Below are positions 18,345-25,612 of a DNA stretch of 64,000 nt, piece after piece (positions within the stretch are counted from its first letter, which is position 1; every line of letters begins with the position of its first letter). Origin of the DNA: Thermoanaerobaculia bacterium (GTDB lineage: Bacteria > Acidobacteriota > Thermoanaerobaculia > Gp7-AA8); the NCBI GenBank assembly GCA_036385045.1, contig DASVLC010000022.1, positions 4,034 through 68,033 on the forward strand, read 5' to 3'. Made by a program: the position numbers and the translations under genes. The notes under the pieces were generated by a model. It was not told the origin of the DNA and made no database searches. It worked only from the letters and a program-made list of their open reading frames with translations.

Positions 18345-18650
18345 ATGCACAAGAAAACGACCGCAATCTGGCTTCTACTAGTTGTGGCGCTGATGGCAAG
18401 CGCCTGCTCCATGAACCGGCAGATGCCGGCAGAACTCGATGGCCCAGCGCTGGAAGCCGACGTCAGGGCCGCGATCGCCACCGCCGTTCCCGGGAAGACC
18501 TTTTCCCTCAGCGTCGACACGACGTCAGATGGACACGTCAAGCTCTCCGGGCACGTCGACAGCGCCAGCGACCGTGACGCCATCGTCAGCCGCGTTCGGC
18601 AGGTCAACGGCGTTCGCAGCGTCGACGCAACACAGCTTCACGTTCAGTAG
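18345..18650 (+). CDS. BON-domain lipoprotein
   Basis: 101 aa. GGAGGA RBS, lipobox LMASAC, and a BON-like VKLSGHVDSASDRDAIVSRVRQVNGVRSV. Confidence 0.75.
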   Translation: MHKKTTAIWLLLVVALMASACSMNRQMPAELDGPALEADVRAAIATAVPGKTFSLSVDTTSDGHVKLSGHVDSASDRDAIVSRVRQVNGVRSVDATQLHVQ

Positions 18651-18674
18651 TGGACCGGGGGATCCGTTTCTGCG

Positions 18675-18733
18675 GGTTCCTCGGAGTTCCTCGGTTCCTC
18701 GGAGTTCCTCGGAGTTCCTCGGAGGAACCGAGG
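18675..18733 (-). repeat. Decamer array (GTTCCTCGGA units) ending in a short palindrome
   Basis: Direct reading gives ggttcctcggagttcctcggttcctcggagttcctcggagttcctcggaggaaccgagg. Same family as 4459..4593 and 43994..44539. Confidence 0.85.
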
Positions 18734-18770
18734 CCCTGCTCGTGGCACTCATCCTGCTCGACGTGAGTTC

Positions 18771-20264
18771 ATGAGAATTCTCGTCACAGGTGGTACTGGT
18801 GTCATTGGAGAAGGAGCAATCCCCGAGTTGATCGCTCGAGGACATCAGATTCGCCTCTTCTCCCGGCATGCAGAAGAAGATTCCAGGCAATGGCCCGGCA
18901 CTGAAGCGACTACGGGAAGTGTGACGGACGCCGAGTCGCTGAGAGGCGTCGCTGGAGAGTGCGATGCCGTTCTCCACATCGCTGGAATTGCCCAGGAGGA
19001 CCCACCGGACATCACATTCACCGCGGTCAACGTGGAAGGTACGCGATGGGTGATCGAGGAGGCGCAGCGCGCCGGCGCACATCGCTTCATCTATGTGTCA
19101 TCCCTCGGAGCCGACGTTGGCGAGTCGGATTACCACCGCTCGAAACGCGAAGCCGAGGAACTGGTCCGCGCGTCCGGCCTGCGCTGGACGATCGTCCGTC
19201 CAGGTAACGTCTACGGCCCGGGCGACGAAGTCATCTCGACGATCCTGAAGATGGTCCGCACCCTGCCCGCCGTCCCTGTCATCGACGGAGGAGAGCAGGA
19301 GTTCCAGCCCGTGTGGCACGAAGATCTCGCGAAGATCCTGGCTGCGACCATCGAGAGAGACGATCTCGATGGAAAGACTCTGGAAGCAGTCGGGCCGGAC
19401 ACGACGACGACCAACGATCTGCTGACCCGCTTCGGACGGATCACCGGGCGGGAGCCCGCACGGATCCCTGTGCCGATGGCGCTCGCGCAGCTCGCGACCA
19501 GTCTCTCGTCGATCATCGAGCTTCCGATCGACGACAACAAACTGACGATGCTGAAGGAGGAGAACCTCCTTCGTGGAAAGGATGCCTCCACCGTCCTCGG
19601 AATCATGACAACGCCGCTCGACGTGGGGCTGGAGGCGCTGGCAGAGGCGATACCCGAAGCGGTTCCCGAAGAAGGCTTCGGATCGCTCGAGCACAAGCAT
19701 TTCCATGCTGACATTAGTGGGTCGCGCCACTCCCCGGCGACCCTGATGTCATTGTTCAAGGAACGGGTGACCGACGTGATGCCGATCGAGTTCGCGGCCG
19801 AGCCCGACGCGCCGACTCGTGTCGAGAAGGGAGCGACAATGACGGCTGCGCTGCCGATGCGGGGCCACGTCCAGATCCGCGTGGTCATCGCGGAGCCGTC
19901 ACGCGTCGTTTTTGCCACTATCGAAGGGCACCCTCTATCTGGCATCGTCGAGTTCACCACGACAGAGACGACGGCCGGGGTGCGCTTCGCGGTCGATACC
20001 TATACCCGGGCGTCGAACGTGTTCGACTGGTTCGCACTGAAGACCGTCGGCGCGCTAGCACAGACGAAAAACTGGCAGACCGTCGTGCAGCGAATGATCG
20101 AGGCGAGCGGCGGGACGTCTGACGGCGTTCACTATGAGAGACAGACACTCTCAGACGACGAGGCCGAGAGCGTTGAGAGAAGAGTGCGATCGATGGTCGA
20201 TGCGCGGAAACAGGAAGAAACCGCGGAGGCAACGGCAAGCGAGCGTGCCGATCAGGCGCGTTGA
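18771..20264 (+). CDS. NAD(P)-binding SDR/NmrA-like protein with an extra C-terminal domain (possibly DUF1990-like)
   Basis: Rossmann motif ILVTGGTGVIGEG. The C-terminal 200 aa or so are unrelated to SDRs (TIEGHPLSGIVEFTT...). Confidence 0.7.
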   Translation: MRILVTGGTGVIGEGAIPELIARGHQIRLFSRHAEEDSRQWPGTEATTGSVTDAESLRGVAGECDAVLHIAGIAQEDPPDITFTAVNVEGTRWVIEEAQRAGAHRFIYVSSLGADVGESDYHRSKREAEELVRASGLRWTIVRPGNVYGPGDEVISTILKMVRTLPAVPVIDGGEQEFQPVWHEDLAKILAATIERDDLDGKTLEAVGPDTTTTNDLLTRFGRITGREPARIPVPMALAQLATSLSSIIELPIDDNKLTMLKEENLLRGKDASTVLGIMTTPLDVGLEALAEAIPEAVPEEGFGSLEHKHFHADISGSRHSPATLMSLFKERVTDVMPIEFAAEPDAPTRVEKGATMTAALPMRGHVQIRVVIAEPSRVVFATIEGHPLSGIVEFTTTETTAGVRFAVDTYTRASNVFDWFALKTVGALAQTKNWQTVVQRMIEASGGTSDGVHYERQTLSDDEAESVERRVRSMVDARKQEETAEATASERADQAR

Positions 20265-20271
20265 CGGGGAC

Positions 20272-21759
20272 TCATCGCTTCCCAAGGCGCGAACCAGAGG
20301 TACCGGTAATGCGCGATCTGCCGAACACATTTCGCAGGACGCTGCGCGCAGCCCAGTAACCACACATCCCATGAACTCCCCCGCCGGGCGGCGTAGAGCT
20401 CGAACAGAGAAAGATCCTGTCGTTTGGCGTGGCATAGGGGTCGAACGAAGGGAAGGGCCGCGAGAGAAACTGGCTCATCGTGTTCGAGCCTCCGCCGATA
20501 TCTCCACCGACGAGATTCGCGTTGTGCTCTTCGTACTGCGCAGTGTTGATCGTTCTGCGTGCGAGGATCAGGTCGCGAAATCCAGGAGCAAACCGCTCGA
20601 TCTGGCGCTCAATGCGATCGGTGACATCTTCAGTCGAGCCGTTCGGGACGTGACAGTACGCCCAGCCCGTGTGCTTCCCCACCGGAGCTCGTGACGTGTC
20701 GAAGATGCTCTGCTGCGCGACGAGGACGAACGGCCGGTCGGTCATCCGCCCATGAAAGACCGCATGCTCATGCTCGGCGATCTCCTCGATCGTCCCGCCA
20801 ACATGCACAGTCGCACTTCGGGAGCATGCGGCGGCCTTCCATGGCACCGGACCGTCGAGCGCCCAGTCGATCTTGAACACTCCCGGACCGTAGCGAAACC
20901 GGCGCAGTTTGCGCCTGTACCCCGGCGGCAGGTCATCGCCTGCAATCGCCTCCAGCTGACGCGGAGTTACATCAAACAGGATCGCGCGGCTGGGGGGCAC
21001 GTCCGCGACAGTCCGGACCGGGTGATTGACACGGATTTCCCCTCCCAGTGTGAGGAGATAGGCAGCCATGGCGTCGACGATCGCCACGGATCCGCCGACG
21101 GCGGCCGGCCAGCCTGTCGCGTGACCCGCGAGCATCAGAGCGAGACCGAACGAGGCTGAGCCGATCCTGTCAAGAGGAAGGAATGAATGAGCGGCCGACC
21201 CGGCGAGCAGCGCCTTCGCTTCCCTGGTCGCGAAGCGACCTGCCAGCGAAGTCGCAGACCGGAGTCCCAGAAGACCAAATCGAGCGAGAAGGAACGGGTG
21301 GCGCGGAGGCGGCCAGGACACGATCGGCCTCAGAATATCGTCGAAAACTCTCGCCGGATCTGCAGCGAACGGCGCCATGAGCCGGCGGTAGGCACCCGCA
21401 TCCTCGCCAAGTCCGTCGGCCGTCGACTCGAGCGAAAACTGCAGCGAGGCCGCGGTGCCATCGTCGAAGGGGTGAGCGATCGCCGAGGGGGAGAAGGCCC
21501 AGGCGAGACCATGGTCGGCGAGAGGGAGATCGCGCAGGAAAGGGGAAACGACACCCATCGGATGGATTGCCGAGCAGATGTCGTGACGAAATCCTGGCAG
21601 GGTCGACTCTTCAGTACGAGCACCACCGCCGATCGTTGCTTTTGCTTCGAGGACCAGGACGCTGAGCCCTTCGCGCGCGAGAGCGATGGCGGCGGCCAGA
21701 CCGTTCGGCCCTGAGCCTACGACCGCGACATCGTGTTTCATCACCCGTCCGTCGTTCAT
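20272..21759 (-). CDS. FAD/NAD(P)-dependent oxidoreductase, phytoene desaturase (CrtI)-like family
   Basis: Dinucleotide fold DVAVVGSGPNGLAAAIALAREGLSVLVLEA. About 490 aa. The start may instead be ATG 21741. Confidence 0.8.
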   Translation of the reverse strand: MNDGRVMKHDVAVVGSGPNGLAAAIALAREGLSVLVLEAKATIGGGARTEESTLPGFRHDICSAIHPMGVVSPFLRDLPLADHGLAWAFSPSAIAHPFDDGTAASLQFSLESTADGLGEDAGAYRRLMAPFAADPARVFDDILRPIVSWPPPRHPFLLARFGLLGLRSATSLAGRFATREAKALLAGSAAHSFLPLDRIGSASFGLALMLAGHATGWPAAVGGSVAIVDAMAAYLLTLGGEIRVNHPVRTVADVPPSRAILFDVTPRQLEAIAGDDLPPGYRRKLRRFRYGPGVFKIDWALDGPVPWKAAACSRSATVHVGGTIEEIAEHEHAVFHGRMTDRPFVLVAQQSIFDTSRAPVGKHTGWAYCHVPNGSTEDVTDRIERQIERFAPGFRDLILARRTINTAQYEEHNANLVGGDIGGGSNTMSQFLSRPFPSFDPYATPNDRIFLCSSSTPPGGGVHGMCGYWAARSVLRNVFGRSRITGTSGSRLGKR

Positions 21760-21820
21760 TTTTTCGAAGCACCCCGAAAAAAGATGCGCTTGTGTCCGTC
21801 ACTGAATGCGGGAGGGGTCC

Positions 21821-22195
21821 ATGCACGCGTTACCCGGTATCGAAGGATCAGGGCCAGGAGACGAAATCGAGACGATCGGCATCTCACTCGGCCAGTTCGA
21901 GTACCTGCAGGAGCTGGCGCGGCAGACGAAGCCGGACAGCCCCGATTCCTTCGCCTTGCCACACCTCATCCGATCCATCCTCGAATACTTCGAAGACAGA
22001 GGCCTCGACCTCACCGATGCGTTCGATGAGGAAGCAATTGCCCGCCTGGGCGCAGCACGGCTGCGCGAGTCTCAGACGCCTAACGGCTCAGAAAACGTCA
22101 GCGCCGTTTCTTCGTGCTCGTCAGCAGCTCGACGATCGTGTCGAGAGAATCGGCCTGCGAGAGGTCGACTCCGCTCTGGAACGCCGCCTCGATGA
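21821..22195 (+). CDS. Putative ribbon-helix-helix-like protein (paralogue of 22098..22364)
   Basis: ATG 21821 behind GGGAGGGG. IETIGISLGQFEYLQELA...LPHLIRSILEYFEDRGLDLTDAFDEEAI parallels the neighbouring RHH protein. Codon bias decays in the last 35 codons or so, which overlap the convergent gene. Confidence 0.4.
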   Translation: MHALPGIEGSGPGDEIETIGISLGQFEYLQELARQTKPDSPDSFALPHLIRSILEYFEDRGLDLTDAFDEEAIARLGAARLRESQTPNGSENVSAVSSCSSAARRSCRENRPARGRLRSGTPPR

Positions 22196-22364
22196 GTCCC
22201 CGGATGATCTCGGCCCGGCTGATTGCCTTGCCATGCTTCAAACGGATGTCGATCGCAAGGCGATCAAGGTAGGCCACGTGTCGATCGAGCAGTACCACCG
22301 TTATCTTTGCCCATGGTTCCGTGTGAACGATAGGGCGACCGCGATTGCTTTTGGCTGGGCTCAC
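22098..22364 (-). CDS. Ribbon-helix-helix (CopG/Arc-like) DNA-binding protein
   Basis: GTG start behind GAGAGGAG. Beta-strand plus two helices pattern KITVVLLDRHVAYLDRLAIDIRLKHGKAISRAEIIRGLIEAA. Confidence 0.6.
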   Translation of the reverse strand: MSPAKSNRGRPIVHTEPWAKITVVLLDRHVAYLDRLAIDIRLKHGKAISRAEIIRGLIEAAFQSGVDLSQADSLDTIVELLTSTKKRR

Positions 22365-22757
22365 AAATGACTCCTCTCAAATTGGCCGCTGTAGAAATAT
22401 AGTTCCATCATTAGCGCAACGCTACCTGGCGCGTTCGTAGCGCTCCTGTGAGCATCCACGCGGCCCGGCATATTCTGGACGTTTTGGACCGATTAACTGC
22501 TGTCGAATCCCGTGATCCGTTCAACAATATTAACCGCTCGGCCACCAATCGCAACAGCTGAGGTTGGATCGAGACCGATTTGACACCGTTTCGCACTTCG
22601 CGGCTGGTTCGGACCTGTGGAGAAAACCTTCCCCGAATCTTCTACCAGCCGGTCGTCAATAAAGCGCTTCAGGAAAATTCAGAATTCGTGATCCAAATCA
22701 CACGCTCGGAGAACGAGAAGCGTAAAATGCGCCCAGACTGACAGATGCGGCTAAAAC

Positions 22758-22779
22758 GGGGGCGTAAAGCCCCCTTTTT
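22758..22779 (+). terminator. Intrinsic terminator with no assignable plus-strand gene
   Basis: gggggc-gtaaa-gccccc followed by ttttt. Confidence 0.6.
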
Positions 22780-22885
22780 CGTTGGCGGGATTCACAAAGT
22801 CCTGTCGCCGCTTCAGGGTCGCGAGCTGAGAACGCAGCTCGCTGGTGCGTGGCTCGCGCTTTCATGGGCACGGGCAGGGTGTGTC

Positions 22886-22924
22886 GAGACCGGCGGCGCC
22901 TTGCGTCGCCGGTCTCTCGTTTTT
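22886..22924 (+). terminator. Intrinsic terminator (plus-strand polarity) next to the 3' end of the minus-strand M48 gene
   Basis: gagaccggcg...cgccggtctc followed by tcgttttt. The U-tract exists only on the plus strand. Confidence 0.55.
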
Positions 22925-22931
22925 ACGGCAC

Positions 22932-23723
22932 TTACTGAACTCGACGCCGCACGTCCTGGAACTGCGGCTCATCGGTGATCATCCCGCCTCTTGATGCAAG
23001 CTGCGCTGCGCGCTGTTCCGAGATCCGGATCCGATCCTCCGTCGTCGGATGGGTAGAGAAGAACTGCTCGACGCGACCGGGCTGGCTTCGGCTCTGCTCC
23101 TGGAGTTTCCGGAACATGGCGGCCATCCCACGCGGATCGTATCCGGCGTCGTACATGTACCGGATGCCGAGGTCGTCTGCTTCTCGTTCGGCCTCACGGC
23201 TGAAACTGGCCAGTGCGCCTCCGGCTGCAATCTGCGCGGCGATCTGCTGGACGGCTCCCGGGTTCTGGCCAAGTACCAGCCCCGCAAGTACGCTCAGCCC
23301 GTATTGACGGGAGAGTTGCTGGGTGGAGTGGCGCGCCGTGATGTGACTGATCTCATGCGCCACGACGCCGGCGAGCTGGGATGCGTTATCCGCATTCGCC
23401 AGCAGACCACTGTGAATGTAGACGTGTCCGCCAGGAACTGCAAAGGCGTTGATCGAGTCGTCCTGGACCACATAAAAGTTCCAGGGAAGCTGATTGAAGG
23501 GAGCCGGTGTACGCGCGACGATTCGCTGGCCCATGTTCCGGACGTAAGCATTCACCGTCGGATCGGTATTGAAGCGAACCTGGCGAGCGACATCCTGCGA
23601 GACCTGCTGACCCAGCTGCCACTCTTCTTCGAGGGAGATGAGGTTGAATCCGCCGCCGCTCGATCCGCATCCCGCGGTAAACAGCAGTGTGAGTAGTAGA
23701 GCGAGTGTGGTGCGTTTGTACAT
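22932..23723 (-). CDS. M48 family metallopeptidase lipoprotein (BepA/YfgC-like core)
   Basis: 263 aa. Lipobox LLFTAGC, HEISHITARH, and a downstream glutamate region EREADDLG. Confidence 0.85.
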   Translation of the reverse strand: MYKRTTLALLLTLLFTAGCGSSGGGFNLISLEEEWQLGQQVSQDVARQVRFNTDPTVNAYVRNMGQRIVARTPAPFNQLPWNFYVVQDDSINAFAVPGGHVYIHSGLLANADNASQLAGVVAHEISHITARHSTQQLSRQYGLSVLAGLVLGQNPGAVQQIAAQIAAGGALASFSREAEREADDLGIRYMYDAGYDPRGMAAMFRKLQEQSRSQPGRVEQFFSTHPTTEDRIRISEQRAAQLASRGGMITDEPQFQDVRRRVQ

Positions 23724-23862
23724 GCAACGGCAGGGTGCAAATAAAGCGCCCGGTGCACGACACTTTCCCTCTCCTGCTGCTCGAAGGGGTCCGCACGCGG
23801 CCGCTCTGCGACAAACTCACGATTGCGGTGAGTTCGCGCCACACTGGGCTCAGAGTTGAGAA

Positions 23863-25122
23863 CTACCGGCGAACCACGCGTGACCTCGCCGCGGCCGGGC
23901 GATGCACGCGCAGTGCTCCCGTAAGGGCTGCCGCCTCTGTCCCGCTCTGCACGAGGATCACCGCTGATCCCGGAAGAGCATCTCCTTCGAGCGTGTAGGT
24001 CGCGCGCACGTAGTTCGCCGCCCACGAGAAGTCGGAGGTCCGGCGGAATGATGGGTTCAGAACCTCGAACTGTGTCATACCGCTGGTGAAACCATCCCCT
24101 CCTACTGCAAGGGTGAAGGTATCGCCCGGCTTCACCGAAATCGGGGCGCTCGAGAGGCTGATCTCATGACTCGAAACGGCAGCGCTGCCGACCCAGCGGG
24201 GATTGAGAGCGATCAGGCCAGTCGTGGTGAGAACGAGATTGCCGTAGACCTTCCCGCTTTCGACCTCGAGCGGCGAGTTGAAGAATTCGGTCGGGAAAGA
24301 GAAGGACTTCGCCTGACGCCAACTGCCCTGCAGCGCATCGGGGCTTACAGGACCATCCAGAGGCTCGACGTATAGGCGGTAGCGGCCGCGCGGAATCCCG
24401 GTCAGAGTGAACTCGCCGGCGCTGTTCGTCAGTACCGTCCCGACCGCATGGCCGAGCTCGTTGACGGCGACGACCTGACCGCCGTAGATTCCGCCGCTGT
24501 CACCGACCACACGGCCGGTAAGAGTCGCACCGAGCATCGGAGGCTCGATCTGAGAGTAAGCGGCGCGGATCGCGATCACATCATCGCTGTCGAGCTCGGC
24601 CGGCCCGCTGCCCGCACTCACGTACGGATACATCACCGCCGAGATCACGGCTGAATGGTCGAGGCCAAGCGTATGCCCCACCTCGTGATGGAGGGCGAGC
24701 GGGGCGTTGACCGCGCCATCGAACAATGCCTGGTCGACCTGGATGCTCGCCTTCAGCATGCGCCCGTTGGTCGCGTCAAAGGTGTAGGTCGTCACGGCTG
24801 CAGCCCCCTGGTCCCTGAACAGCCCAGCGGCCAGCGAAACTCTTATCTTCTCTGTGGTCGACCCGTCAGACGCAACAGGCGCGAACTGGACGCGAGCATC
24901 GGGGATCTCCGTCCACGCCGTGAATGCACGCTCGACCATCTCCCGGGCCGAAGGGTGGGCCGCCACCACCTTCGGATCGATCTCGTACCGAAGGGGAAAT
25001 GCTTCGGGAGCCCACGCGATGGCGGTCGGGGCCCCGTTAATCTCGAATGTCATTCGCGTCGCCGCGAAAAGCGGCAGAGCCAGCAGCAGCGTCGCGAGGA
25101 GCAGTGGAAATCGAAGGGACAT
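23863..25122 (-). CDS. Secreted metzincin (matrixin-like) with a carboxypeptidase-regulatory-like beta domain
   Basis: HEVGHTLGLDHS plus a Met-turn (AVMYPY). TLTGRVVGDSGG...TNSAGEFTLTGIPRGRYRLYVEP. Start at ATG 25122 behind GAGGTG, followed by a signal peptide. Confidence 0.8.
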   Translation of the reverse strand: MSLRFPLLLATLLLALPLFAATRMTFEINGAPTAIAWAPEAFPLRYEIDPKVVAAHPSAREMVERAFTAWTEIPDARVQFAPVASDGSTTEKIRVSLAAGLFRDQGAAAVTTYTFDATNGRMLKASIQVDQALFDGAVNAPLALHHEVGHTLGLDHSAVISAVMYPYVSAGSGPAELDSDDVIAIRAAYSQIEPPMLGATLTGRVVGDSGGIYGGQVVAVNELGHAVGTVLTNSAGEFTLTGIPRGRYRLYVEPLDGPVSPDALQGSWRQAKSFSFPTEFFNSPLEVESGKVYGNLVLTTTGLIALNPRWVGSAAVSSHEISLSSAPISVKPGDTFTLAVGGDGFTSGMTQFEVLNPSFRRTSDFSWAANYVRATYTLEGDALPGSAVILVQSGTEAAALTGALRVHRPAAARSRVVRR

Positions 25123-25163
25123 TGAGCACCTCGGCTGCAACCGGAATGCCACGAGTGAAGGGA

Positions 25164-25541
25164 TCAGCGAGCGATCGCGACTAGATCGATCTCGACCGCG
25201 GCGCCGCGGGGCAGCTGGCTCAGTCCGACCGTAGTACGAGCCGGTTTGTGAGTCCCGAAATACTCCGCGTAGATCGCGTTGAGCACCTGAAAATTCGCGA
25301 GGTCGGTCAGGTAGACCGTCGCCTTGATCACCTGTTCGAATCCGCTTCCCGCCTCCCGAAGCACGGCTTCGAGATTGCGGAAAACGCGGTGAACCTGTTC
25401 TTCGAAGCTGCCGTCGACCAGGTTCCCGGTCGCCGGATCGAGAGCGATCTGACCGGACGTGTAGACGAGTCCGTTCACCTTGATTGCCTGAGAATATGGG
25501 CCGATCGCCTGGGGTGCATCGTTCGTCGCAATGAAGTCCAT
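25164..25541 (-). CDS. ridA: RidA/YjgF family reactive intermediate deaminase
   Basis: APQAIGPYSQAIKVNGLVYTSGQIALDP...ARTTVGLSQLPRGAAVEIDLVA. Confidence 0.9.
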   Translation of the reverse strand: MDFIATNDAPQAIGPYSQAIKVNGLVYTSGQIALDPATGNLVDGSFEEQVHRVFRNLEAVLREAGSGFEQVIKATVYLTDLANFQVLNAIYAEYFGTHKPARTTVGLSQLPRGAAVEIDLVAIAR

Positions 25542-25612
25542 CGTAGGTGCGGTCCTTTCCGGGCGCGCAGTATAGCTATAATTGCCCGTACCACGGAGAT
25601 CGGCCAACCGCG

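Noticed and set aside
22365-22931. Checked the AT-rich non-coding region for RNase P RNA, tmRNA, SRP RNA and tRNA signatures.
   Set aside because: I found no GAGGAAAGUCCGGGC or ACAGAACCCGGCUUA-like boxes, no tRNA-like GGUUCGAnUCC...CCA 3' end, no tag-peptide reading frame and no SRP GGAA tetraloop context. The identity stays open rather than assigned.
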